Shown here piece by piece: positions 10,529 to 19,823 of a stretch of 64,000 bases of DNA; within the stretch, counting starts at the first letter, position 1, and every line of letters starts with the position of its first letter. The notes beneath the pieces are model-generated. The model saw only the letters and a list, made by a program, of their open reading frames with translations, did no database searches and was not told where the DNA came from. The position numbers were made by a program, and so were the translations under genes. The DNA comes from Candidatus Bathyarchaeia archaeon (GTDB lineage Archaea > Thermoproteota > Bathyarchaeia > Bathyarchaeales > Bathycorpusculaceae), in assembly GCA_038883775.1 (NCBI GenBank), contig JAVZLM010000002.1, forward strand, positions 133,587 through 197,586, written 5' to 3'.

Positions 10529-11392
10529 ATGGGAGACGTTTCTATTCGGCTGTTTAATGAAGATGATGTCGAATTCGCTTATGAATCCACGCTCATGGAA
10601 AAATGGAATAACACAAGGGAAGACGTTCAGCGAATGTTTAGGTACAACCCATCCGGCTGCTTCATCGTAGAAGTAAACGGGAAAAGAGTAGGACATGTCT
10701 TTTCATTTAAATATGGAAAGCTTGGGTGGATTGGTTTACTTATAGTTCGGGCAGAACACAGAAGAAAAGGTATTGGAACACTATTAATGAAGAGGGCGAT
10801 GAAACATCTTTTTGGTCGTGGCGTAGAAACAATAAGGCTAGAAGCTGTTTCTGCCCTTGCAAATTTCTATCGAAAATTAGGCTTTGTAGACGAATATGAA
10901 TCTTTAAGATTTTCAGGACTTAACCAAAAACCAGTTTCAAAATTCCATTCAAAGGTGAAGTTAATGGAGAAGAATTTGGTGAAAGAAGTTGCAGAGTTTG
11001 ATGCAAAATATTTTGGAGCCAACAGAATCAATGTTTTAAAAAGCCTCCACGATGATTATCCACAATTCTGTTTTATTTCAGGCGTAAGCTCTGAAATCGA
11101 TGGTTATCTAATGTGTCGCAGAGCAGAAGGCGGATATAGAATAGGACCATGGGTATGTAACCCTCAAAATCCACAAACTGCAAAGGAACTATTAATAAAA
11201 TGTATGGAAACAATAAGGCAAAAGGAAAAAATCTACGTAGGCGTTCCAGCCGTAAATAAAGTAGCTGTTGAAGTTCTAGAGGAGTTCGGTTTTGAACAAT
11301 ATTCAAAGAGCATCCGCATGCGTTTAGGAAAGAAAATGGAAAATGAGCGTGTTGATGGCGTATTTGCAATTGGTAGCCCAGAGAAAGGCTAG
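10529..11392 (+). CDS. GNAT family N-acetyltransferase (two-domain)
   Basis: VRAEHRRKGIGTLLM acetyl-CoA motif; FYRKLGF; second domain with RIGPW. Confidence 0.88.
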   Translation: MGDVSIRLFNEDDVEFAYESTLMEKWNNTREDVQRMFRYNPSGCFIVEVNGKRVGHVFSFKYGKLGWIGLLIVRAEHRRKGIGTLLMKRAMKHLFGRGVETIRLEAVSALANFYRKLGFVDEYESLRFSGLNQKPVSKFHSKVKLMEKNLVKEVAEFDAKYFGANRINVLKSLHDDYPQFCFISGVSSEIDGYLMCRRAEGGYRIGPWVCNPQNPQTAKELLIKCMETIRQKEKIYVGVPAVNKVAVEVLEEFGFEQYSKSIRMRLGKKMENERVDGVFAIGSPEKG

Positions 11393-11426
11393 TTTAGAAA
11401 ATGCATCATATGCGATGCCCTAACAT

Positions 11427-12206
11427 TTAAAGTTTTATTATTTTTCGGGCGAACGTGATATAACCCGTGTGTCCAGTCATCAGCGTTTGTGGTCGCGTTT
11501 TGCCGCGTTCAACTTGCATTCCCCGCATCAAGCATTCAACTGTTTCCACATCAACAAAGCCATTTTCTTTTAGGGCTTCAACTGTTTTGATAACTTGGTC
11601 TATTGTTGGGCTGAAGGAGACTATTGTTCCGCATGGTTTTAGGGCATTATAAGTGTGGGGGATTACAAGCCATGGAGTTGCCAAATCCAATACAACTGCG
11701 TCAACATCACTTTCATCGATTCCGATGGTTATATCCTTATTTTTCAACTCTACAAAGTCAATTAATCCAGCACGTCTCAGATTTTTCTCTGCTGTTCTCT
11801 GAAACTCTTCTCTAATTTCGTAACTGTAAACCTTCCCTTCTGGCTTAACATAATGGGCTAGGGCTGTTGTTAATGCGCCAGTACCCGTTCCAGCCTCAAC
11901 AACATGGCTTCCCGGACCAATTCCGCTAAACATTATTATCAGAGCTATGTCTTTCGGATAAGTTATCTGGGTTTTCCGCAGAGATTTTATAATGAAATCC
12001 CGTAAAACTGGTTTCAAGACTTTGAATTCGTACCCTAAATTGCTTAAAACAGTAGAGCCGTATTCTTTTCCAATTAAATCATCAAATTTTATAAAACCTT
12101 TGTGAGTGTGGAAGCTTTTTCCAGATTCCGCTTTGACAAGATAGGTTTTCCTTTGGCTTAGGTATAGGAGGATGTAGTCGCCTTCCGTTATTTTTTGGTT
12201 TGACAA
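11427..12206 (-). CDS. trmI: tRNA (adenine-N1)-methyltransferase
   Basis: FHTHKG, TQITYPKD, VEAGTGTGALT, DLATPW, GHTGYI. Confidence 0.93.
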   Translation of the reverse strand: MSNQKITEGDYILLYLSQRKTYLVKAESGKSFHTHKGFIKFDDLIGKEYGSTVLSNLGYEFKVLKPVLRDFIIKSLRKTQITYPKDIALIIMFSGIGPGSHVVEAGTGTGALTTALAHYVKPEGKVYSYEIREEFQRTAEKNLRRAGLIDFVELKNKDITIGIDESDVDAVVLDLATPWLVIPHTYNALKPCGTIVSFSPTIDQVIKTVEALKENGFVDVETVECLMRGMQVERGKTRPQTLMTGHTGYITFARKIIKL

Positions 12207-12215
12207 TTACGGTCA

Positions 12216-13694
12216 CTACGGCGTGTATTTGAAAGGATGTTTTGCACGGTTTTTATTTTCTATCAACTCTTCTATGTTTGGTCTGCCCTCTATGGCTTTG
12301 CGGAGGGCGTGGCGCATAGCCTTATAATTGTTTATGTAAACCCTTTGTCTATCCACAGCTGTGGGATGAACAAAAACATTTGCAATTATAATTAAATCTT
12401 CAACAGCCTCTTTTGGGATTGTGCCGTCAGCAACGCTGTCCACGACTGCTTTGGCTACGGCTGTTTGGGCTGGTCCATAAATCATGCTGGCTTGACGCAT
12501 ACTCGTAATCGTGACTGTTGGAACTATTAGGGTTATGGGTTTAACTGTCAAGTTGGGCTCCAAAATCGCTAACAAAGGCTCGTGTCCAGGCGTTGGTGTA
12601 GCCTTAGCCTTTGCAAAAGCTTCAGCTACTGGACCATCATTTCTGCCTATAATTAAGTCTATGTGGGCGACTTCTGCGCCATATCCTGCTAGGGCTTCGC
12701 CTACACGCAATTTAAAGTCTCTTATGGTTTCTGGTGTTATGTTTATTGCCATGAACCTTTCTTCTATGGGTTTTCCTATAATTTCGAAAGTTATGGGTTT
12801 TGGTGTTATTTTACCAATTTTTTCCAAGTCTAGGCGCAGTTCTTCTCTTGCTTCGTAGGTTAATTCTCCGCCCACGCTTAGTGGCTTTCTGACCGGTCCA
12901 ACTTTGATTTTCATCATGTTTAACGCCTCTTTTGTGCCTACAGGTCCGCTTCCAGCTATTATTCTGGCTATTTTCTGCACTTTATATTGGAGCTCCCGCG
13001 CTTTTTGTAGCTCGCCATTTTTCACGTAATTATAAATTTGAACCCAAATGTCTGGTATGACATTGGCGCTTGCCAAAATAGCGCCAGAACAGCCAGCAGC
13101 TAATGCGGCAACCACAACTTCGTCATGTCCGCATAAAACATTAATTTTATCTCTTACCTTTTCCAGTACAGCTAAAATATAACGTAACTGTCCGCTGCTG
13201 TCCTTTAAGCCCACAATGTTTGGGATTTGAGCTAAGTCTTCAACCATTTGCCATGTCAATTCAACACCTGTGCACTGTGGAATATTGTATAAGATTATTG
13301 GCAAGTCCACTTTGCTTGCGATTGTGTCGTAATGCTCGTATATGCCGCGGTCCGTTGTTTTCAAATAGAAAGGCGTAACAATTAAGGCAGCATCACAACC
13401 CACATCTTTCGCATATCTTGTCATTTCCAAGGCTTGATCCGTTCCACTTGCGCCTGTTCCAGCGATTACTGGAACTTTCCCATTAACCTCATCAATAACA
13501 GTTTCTATGACCCGCTTCTTTTCTTCGGTTGTTAAATTTACAAATTCGCCTGTTGTCCCGCATGGAACAACCCCATGAACTCCCAACTCAACACAGCGCC
13601 TAACCAAAGCGCGAAGCCTTTCCTTGTCAACATCTTTTCCATCATCTGTGAAAGGAGTAACTAAAGCTGGCAAAATTCCCTCAGGCTTAAACAT
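12216..13694 (-). CDS. Fusion: DapA/NanA-family class I aldolase (N-term) + formaldehyde-activating enzyme Fae (C-term)
   Basis: N-term GTTGEF, YNIP, GLKDSSG; C-term VGEALAG..EVAHIDLIIG...GPAQTAVAKAVVDSV..GTIPK...VFVHP...HPF typical of Fae. Confidence 0.88.
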   Translation of the reverse strand: MFKPEGILPALVTPFTDDGKDVDKERLRALVRRCVELGVHGVVPCGTTGEFVNLTTEEKKRVIETVIDEVNGKVPVIAGTGASGTDQALEMTRYAKDVGCDAALIVTPFYLKTTDRGIYEHYDTIASKVDLPIILYNIPQCTGVELTWQMVEDLAQIPNIVGLKDSSGQLRYILAVLEKVRDKINVLCGHDEVVVAALAAGCSGAILASANVIPDIWVQIYNYVKNGELQKARELQYKVQKIARIIAGSGPVGTKEALNMMKIKVGPVRKPLSVGGELTYEAREELRLDLEKIGKITPKPITFEIIGKPIEERFMAINITPETIRDFKLRVGEALAGYGAEVAHIDLIIGRNDGPVAEAFAKAKATPTPGHEPLLAILEPNLTVKPITLIVPTVTITSMRQASMIYGPAQTAVAKAVVDSVADGTIPKEAVEDLIIIANVFVHPTAVDRQRVYINNYKAMRHALRKAIEGRPNIEELIENKNRAKHPFKYTP

Positions 13695-13789
13695 TTTTGC
13701 ATCTCCAATCTTTTAGTTAAGCATAGCTTTTTATATCATTTAAGCTTTGAACATCAACTCTGCACGTTAAAACATAAGAAGGCGAAACA

Positions 13790-14053
13790 ATGAACGAAAA
13801 CCTAATTGGACCATGTGGCTTATACTGTGGCTGGTGTCCCTTTTACGTTGTTGGCTCAAAAGAGTTAACTTGTAAAGGATGTTGGGCTAGGGAAAAATGT
13901 GAAATCAGGGATTGCGCAAAGAATAAGGGCTTAAAACTTTGCACCTTCTGCCAAGAGTTTCCATGCCTAAGACTTTATGGGATGTATGGGCAGATGGACA
14001 AGTTTTTTGACGACATGAAGAAAGCTTTTCCAAAAGAAGTCAAAAAAGACTGA
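13790..14053 (+). CDS. Small Cys-rich DUF3795-like protein
   Basis: GPCGLYCGWCP, CKGC, CEIRDCA, CTFCQEFPC. Confidence 0.8.
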   Translation: MNENLIGPCGLYCGWCPFYVVGSKELTCKGCWAREKCEIRDCAKNKGLKLCTFCQEFPCLRLYGMYGQMDKFFDDMKKAFPKEVKKD

Positions 14054-14205
14054 GAGCCAGGTTGTGCAAATAAGTGTTAAAGTAACCACTGCCACGTGAG
14101 TAGCCACTACGCAACGCTAAAGCGCATTCCAAAAACTTATGGAAGACGCTAAAAACTTTTAAATCGTCAAAAATAAAATAAGCTCACTATTTGGAGGACT
14201 AATTT

Positions 14206-15492
14206 TTGGACGCTCTTAGCGGAAAGCTGAAAATTAAAGAGGAGAGTCTTAAAGAAATTAATGATTTTCTTCTGGAAAAAGATAATCCCTTAGTGAATAG
14301 GCTATTGGAAATTGTCGATAAATACGGCGGCGTCGAAGAGATTAACCGCAAGGCGATGGATAATCGCAAACTGGAAAATTTGATGAAAAGGCTTGAAAAG
14401 AAAAAGTCTCCATTTTTAAAAGATATTGAGTGGCTGATTAAACAGCGAGACGCTGAAGCCTTCATTAGCATACCAGCCTACCGCAGAAAAGTTTTGGGAG
14501 AAAAGGCTGATTCCGTGAAGTTTGATGAAAGCTTCGCCGTCACATTAGAAATTAGCGCCTTCAACTTTTTCCCATGGCTTATTGAAGAGGCGAAAAGAGC
14601 CATTGAGAGGCAAGAGTTGATGCCAGCCCGTTACATTCGAGTTCGCAACATGAAGGAGCAGGTGGAGGATGATGACATTTTGGCTTTCGCTGCAGCCATG
14701 CAAGTTATAGGCGCCTCTTACGTGCAAACCCTAGACACTAAAGGAACAATGCTTGGACCTGATGGCGCACCAATAAACGTTCACTTGGGCGGTCCAGAAA
14801 CCATAACTGGCTATTTTGGTGGTGTGGGGGTTCCAAACCATTACGCCTTAAAATGGGTTGATGAGTACCTTCATTATTATACTGAATATGGCGTTAAACA
14901 AGTTTTAAACGTGAATTCTGGAACAGTGCTTTTGGGATATTGGCTTTTCAAGCTTGGAATAGACATCGAATTCAAAATTTCAGTTTTCCTTGGAAACGAT
15001 AACCCCTACTCCATCCTTTGGACCCTGATGACCGCAAAACTTTTCAGTAGAGATGATGGCAGAACACCGCTTATTGGATTTAACCTTTCAAATTCCGTGA
15101 ATAATGAGACAATTGAACTTTCTGCATATATCAGAAAAGCCTTCAACTTTGAGGATATTGTACGCATTGAACACCACATCACAGAAGCCTACAAAAGCAT
15201 TGTTAGGCAACCCTACGACCGCCTCAACGAACTTTTAGAAATTGCAGACCATGTGAAAAATATAAGCGCAAAACATGAAGGTGGAATTCCAGAAATTGAA
15301 AAGATCAGAAACAAGCCTTCAGACTTGCTTGATTATTTCATCCCGAAAAAGGACATAATAGCCAAGGGGCTTATGCCAAAACTTTTGAGTAACTATTTGG
15401 ACAAGCATGAAGCCGTAAATAGAACCGCCAGAGCCCTAACAGAAAGAGGCTTAACATTTATTGCAGCCCAAAATCTGCATAAAATGAAATAG
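14206..15492 (+). CDS. Hypothetical protein, 428 aa, unknown function
   Basis: Long ORF with TTG start after GGAGG SD; no family recognised. Confidence 0.75.
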   Translation: MDALSGKLKIKEESLKEINDFLLEKDNPLVNRLLEIVDKYGGVEEINRKAMDNRKLENLMKRLEKKKSPFLKDIEWLIKQRDAEAFISIPAYRRKVLGEKADSVKFDESFAVTLEISAFNFFPWLIEEAKRAIERQELMPARYIRVRNMKEQVEDDDILAFAAAMQVIGASYVQTLDTKGTMLGPDGAPINVHLGGPETITGYFGGVGVPNHYALKWVDEYLHYYTEYGVKQVLNVNSGTVLLGYWLFKLGIDIEFKISVFLGNDNPYSILWTLMTAKLFSRDDGRTPLIGFNLSNSVNNETIELSAYIRKAFNFEDIVRIEHHITEAYKSIVRQPYDRLNELLEIADHVKNISAKHEGGIPEIEKIRNKPSDLLDYFIPKKDIIAKGLMPKLLSNYLDKHEAVNRTARALTERGLTFIAAQNLHKMK

Positions 15493-15506
15493 AGAAAAGG
15501 AGAGAT

Positions 15507-16238
15507 TTACCAGTACTGTTTTGGTTTTCGCATAGCTAAGTATAGGGTGGTTATGACAAAGAAGAAGGCTATTATGGCTAAAACCCCAACAGCAACCCTT
15601 GTAGTGTTAAGCTCACCTAATCTTCCCTGAAGTTCTTTTAGCGTATTATTTAGCTTAGCCAAGTTTTCCAAAGTGAGGTTCATTTGGAAGTTTTCAAAGA
15701 AAGTTTCATTAAGCTCATTACAGAATTCATTTAAATTTTCATATTTTTCTTGGAGTTCTTCATAGGCGACATTTCTAACGAAGGTTATTGGAAAACTTGG
15801 GTCAATGTCTGGCATTGGCGTTTTCATAATAGAATACGTCACTCTCATTTCTGCAAGAGCGGAGCCCCAAACATTTCCAGGCACGCTTATAGTGAAATTT
15901 TCATAGCGAATTTCGTCAAGCTCCAATAGGGTATTATTTAGCACTTGAGCGCTGTACAATAGGGTTTTCTCTCTGCCCTCTGCAAAGCCGTACACCACAA
16001 GTTTTAAGTGTTCGACTTCGACGCCGCGGGCTGTACAGTTTATCCAGATTTTTAGGGTCAAACTTTCATTTGGTATTGTTTCGTTTGTGGCTTCTGCTTT
16101 TAATGATATTCCAGGATAATCCTCTGAAAAGAACTCTATCAGCTCTTCAGATGCGTAGGCTAAGGTTATTCTTGCGAAAATTGATGCGCTAATTAGGATA
16201 GCTGTTAATATCAAAACATTAACTTTTGATTTAATCAT
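15507..16238 (-). CDS. Hypothetical exported protein with coiled coil and C-terminal membrane anchor
   Basis: N-terminal signal-like hydrophobic segment, several N-x-S/T sequons, C-terminal TM helix followed by RKPK. Confidence 0.75.
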   Translation of the reverse strand: MIKSKVNVLILTAILISASIFARITLAYASEELIEFFSEDYPGISLKAEATNETIPNESLTLKIWINCTARGVEVEHLKLVVYGFAEGREKTLLYSAQVLNNTLLELDEIRYENFTISVPGNVWGSALAEMRVTYSIMKTPMPDIDPSFPITFVRNVAYEELQEKYENLNEFCNELNETFFENFQMNLTLENLAKLNNTLKELQGRLGELNTTRVAVGVLAIIAFFFVITTLYLAMRKPKQYW

Positions 16239-16322
16239 ATCATCACCATTTTAAGGAGTTAATGTCTATCTTTTAGAGAAGTTTATTTAACAATTTCTAA
16301 CAGTTTCGAATATTAAAAGGCG

Positions 16323-16550
16323 CTATTTTATTGAGCGGATTAGACGCTGGTATATGTATATGAAGTAGATGACTGCGAAGGCTGTTAAAATTATTTCGAG
16401 GGAGAGGATGGCTGGGTTGTTTTCAATCGCCATGAAATAGCCATGTTGAAGGATATCTGTGAAAACTAGGATTTGGAGGAATATGGCTCCTCCTAGACAG
16501 CTTAAGCCTAAAGTGTGGATGAGCATTAGTATTTGGCGGTTGACCTTCAT
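16323..16550 (-). CDS. Small membrane protein (2 TM)
   Basis: MKVNRQ.. start at 16550; two hydrophobic helices. Confidence 0.6.
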   Translation of the reverse strand: MKVNRQILMLIHTLGLSCLGGAIFLQILVFTDILQHGYFMAIENNPAILSLEIILTAFAVIYFIYIYQRLIRSIK

Positions 16551-16729
16551 TTTTATCGTGAATATAAAGAGTTGATACGTTAACTTATAGGTTATGAATC
16601 CAAACACACAACAAAACCTAAAGATTAATTTTTAGGATTCATGATATAACTTTCCAAAAATTCTAGAGGGGGAGGGGTAGGGAAAATAAAACAGTGCCAC
16701 AAACCATTTTCCAAAAAGGATTCAATTTG

Positions 16730-18067
16730 TTAAATTTTGTATTCCTTGCCCTTTTCGGCGATTATGGTTTTGCTTTTTAGGTCTCGCATAAATTTGGCGA
16801 ACAGTTCTGCATTTTCAGTGTGCACCGGAAAAATTTTTGATGCATTCATTTCCTTAAGCGCTTTTTTGAGTTGAAGTGGCATTATGTGTCCTGAAACATG
16901 CACATGATATTGCGGCAGTCCATAATGCCTCAGCCAATTAAGGAGTCTTTCAAAGTCTATTTCCATCTCTTCATTGAAGGGTTCAGAAGCAGAAAGAACA
17001 TAACAGCTTCCTGCTTCTGGTTGGATTTCCACAAGTTCTTCAAAATCGTAGAGGGACATGGCTAAAATGGCTTTGCACTGCTCTTTTCGAAGCATCGAAG
17101 CATCAAAAATCTTATCCCTATACTTTTCAACAATGATGTTTTCCCAATTTTCATATCTTTTCTTCGACTTTCGAAAAATCAAAATATTCTCATCACTTAA
17201 GGCTGGAAGCCTCAAGCCTTTATCCTTTTGCAGTGCTTCGATGAGGTAGGCTTGCCTAAGCGAAACAGTAAGGCATCTTCCAGTTTTCTTGGCAATTCGA
17301 TAAAAAGAATTAAGCCTATCCACATCCGTAGAAGCAAAATCAGCCAACACAACACCAGCGGCTTGCTGAACAATGTCGTTCAACTTGTTCTCCACTTCGC
17401 TTTCGGAGGAAACTGATGCGCCAGTCATGTTTGTGGCTTCAGAAACAACAGCCACAGGCTCGCTTTCCTCTGCTTTCTCAACAAAATCTTTGGTCATTTC
17501 CGGTTTTGCGCCATGCATCCGAAAATCTCCAGTATAAACAACAACGCCACTAGAAGTTTGAATAATAAAGCCATAAGCCCCAGGAACAGAATGGTCAACG
17601 TGAATTGGCAAAATTTCCAAACCACCAACACAAATTTTATGTCCAGTCCTAAAAGTCTCAAATTTTATGCCTTCAACATCAAACTCCAAATCGGCTCTGC
17701 GCATTTCACCCATAGCCTGCAAAATAATCCGCGTCGTTTCGCCGCAGTAAACTGGAATTTCACGTTTTATAAAGGATAAGTAGGCTGAATGGTCCATATG
17801 CCCATGAGAAATGAAAACCGCATCTATTTCAGGCGCTTTGTCATCAAACCTGTATATACCGTCAATTTTTGGCAAAATTCCAAGGTCTTGGAGGCTTTTT
17901 TCGCTTTTAGGCGAGAGGAAAGGCGGAGAATAAAACTGCCTCTTCATTGAGAAGGACATGCCAAAATCGAAGAAAACCCTTGTATCCCTATCCTTCAGTA
18001 GGATTTTGTTTCCGCCAACCTCATTTACTCCACCGTAAAAGGTTATGGCTGTTTCATCCTTAACCAT
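16730..18067 (-). CDS. MBL-fold beta-CASP ribonuclease (RNase J-like)
   Basis: GGVNEVGGN, SHGHMDH, VDHSVPGA, YTGDFRMHG, HVSGH, PVHTE. Confidence 0.88.
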   Translation of the reverse strand: MVKDETAITFYGGVNEVGGNKILLKDRDTRVFFDFGMSFSMKRQFYSPPFLSPKSEKSLQDLGILPKIDGIYRFDDKAPEIDAVFISHGHMDHSAYLSFIKREIPVYCGETTRIILQAMGEMRRADLEFDVEGIKFETFRTGHKICVGGLEILPIHVDHSVPGAYGFIIQTSSGVVVYTGDFRMHGAKPEMTKDFVEKAEESEPVAVVSEATNMTGASVSSESEVENKLNDIVQQAAGVVLADFASTDVDRLNSFYRIAKKTGRCLTVSLRQAYLIEALQKDKGLRLPALSDENILIFRKSKKRYENWENIIVEKYRDKIFDASMLRKEQCKAILAMSLYDFEELVEIQPEAGSCYVLSASEPFNEEMEIDFERLLNWLRHYGLPQYHVHVSGHIMPLQLKKALKEMNASKIFPVHTENAELFAKFMRDLKSKTIIAEKGKEYKI

Positions 18068-18069
18068 GC

Positions 18070-19794
18070 TTACTCCCTTTTCATTTTATCCGCTCTTCTA
18101 CAAATATTAGAAATAACAAGCATTATATGGGGAAGCGTAAAAACGCTAAAAACCTTCGTGTATTTTGGCTTCCCAACATCCTTAACAATTTTGGCATCCC
18201 CGCCAGCCGCCAAATAACCCTCAATAAAGGCTTCTGCTATAAGCTGGGGTGGGCGGATGCCGACGAGAGGCGAAGCGTAATGCCCAGCATAATAAAGGAA
18301 TTCGGCTATATCCCAAACTTTGTCACCATTCCGCGAAGCCTGCTCAAAATCTAAAAAGTAAATCGCCCCATTCTTCGCTATGAGAATGTTTTCAGGTTTT
18401 GTGTCGCCTAAAGCAATTCCCAAAGCATGAATTTTAGCGAATTCCTCTCCGACTCTCCTTACAACTTCCAAATCCTTCACTACATCGTCCACAACCTTTG
18501 AAGTTAAAATCCTCTTTACAACTTTGTTTAAGCTTTCGCCCTCCACATACTCCATGAAAATTAGGCGTTCACCATGGCTTACATGAAAAATCTTTGGAAC
18601 CGCAAAACCATTAGAATGCAAAAGTTGGCTTATGGCGCACTCCCTCTCCAGCCTTGACAATCCAGAAACTGCGAAGGTTCTCGTTCCAAAAGTCCATAAA
18701 GTTAGAGGAAACCACTTAAAACTTGACCAATCCCTAAAACTTTTAACAACAACCTTCCTTTCCGCACCATTTCCAAAAGCTTTAACCAAATAAACATCAT
18801 TCAAAACACCCCCAATCTCTTCAACATCAATCTTCGCATCCTCACCAGCACAGAGCACTTTCCTAGCAAAAGTTTCAACATCTATTTTGCTTGCCAAGGG
18901 AATAAGCCCGCTGGCAGTTGGAACATATAAATATTTGCGTGGCTCCTCAATTTCGTGAATAGTTTTTGAATTTTCCTTGGAAAACCTTTGAAACATAGAG
19001 AACATTTCTCTGTTTTGCGAAAGGAAGCCTAATGTTTTCGGAAAAATTCCAAGCAAAGAAGCGAACAAAGCCCTTTGGGCAGTCTTAAAGAGGCTTGTGA
19101 AGCGAACTTTTCGGCTTTTGGCTTTATCCACAAACTCTTTGCAAATTTTCACATAACCATCAGAAAAACTTATTACACTTTCACCTTCCAACCCTCTTAA
19201 CGCCTTTAAATACCCTTTCAAAGAATTCTCCACATTCCTCTTTTTAACATCCTTCCGCATAAAACTGAAAACATTATAAAGCATTGGAGGGAAAAGTCGA
19301 GCCCTACTCAAAATGGTTTCATAGAGAAAATATTCTGGTTTTATGTGAAGCTCGTAGGAAAGTTCTGGAAAAGCCAAAACAAGGTTCTCTAAAAGCTCAA
19401 GGATTAAACGCTTCTTCAACTTAACCTCTTGAAAGTGAAGGTAATCCTCGTTAACTAAGGTAATGTAGGGAAAAAGAAGCTCGCTTGCAAAAGCCTCGCC
19501 TAAAAAGCCCCGCTCCACATCCATTTCAAAAACTCCTTGGTCAACAACAAGAACAACAACGCCTCTTTCTCCAAAAACTTTCAGATAATTCATGAATTTC
19601 GGCTGGAAACCCCTAACTACAAGCAAAACCTCAACAAAACCTTTCGCATCAGAAAAGCCTAAAGCATAATCGCCACAAACGCAAGCAGCAACCATCTTAT
19701 CAGCATCAACAACACGACTACAAAAATCGAGAATTTCGCCAAACAGCTTTGAATTTTGAACCAAATTTCCACCTAATGAAATAAGCGTAACCAA
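18070..19794 (-). CDS. Degenerate nucleotidyltransferase-like domain fused to RIO/Bud32/Kdo-kinase-like domain
   Basis: C-term GGVLNDVY, VVVK, GDTKPENIL, LDFEQA; N-term VCGDYALG..VEVLLVV resembles a Pol-beta fold. Confidence 0.65.
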   Translation of the reverse strand: MVTLISLGGNLVQNSKLFGEILDFCSRVVDADKMVAACVCGDYALGFSDAKGFVEVLLVVRGFQPKFMNYLKVFGERGVVVLVVDQGVFEMDVERGFLGEAFASELLFPYITLVNEDYLHFQEVKLKKRLILELLENLVLAFPELSYELHIKPEYFLYETILSRARLFPPMLYNVFSFMRKDVKKRNVENSLKGYLKALRGLEGESVISFSDGYVKICKEFVDKAKSRKVRFTSLFKTAQRALFASLLGIFPKTLGFLSQNREMFSMFQRFSKENSKTIHEIEEPRKYLYVPTASGLIPLASKIDVETFARKVLCAGEDAKIDVEEIGGVLNDVYLVKAFGNGAERKVVVKSFRDWSSFKWFPLTLWTFGTRTFAVSGLSRLERECAISQLLHSNGFAVPKIFHVSHGERLIFMEYVEGESLNKVVKRILTSKVVDDVVKDLEVVRRVGEEFAKIHALGIALGDTKPENILIAKNGAIYFLDFEQASRNGDKVWDIAEFLYYAGHYASPLVGIRPPQLIAEAFIEGYLAAGGDAKIVKDVGKPKYTKVFSVFTLPHIMLVISNICRRADKMKRE

Positions 19795-19823
19795 GAATAG
19801 AATCTATAGTCTACAAAATATAG

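Noticed and set aside
12216-13694. Plain dapA for lysine biosynthesis
   Set aside because: Lacks the DHDPS-specific Arg, carries a Fae domain and has no dapB, asd or lysC neighbours
14081-14116. Imperfect 18-nt-period repeat (AGTAACCACT / AGTAGCCACT) as a CRISPR remnant or ncRNA
   Set aside because: Only two short degenerate units, no spacer-length separation and no cas genes
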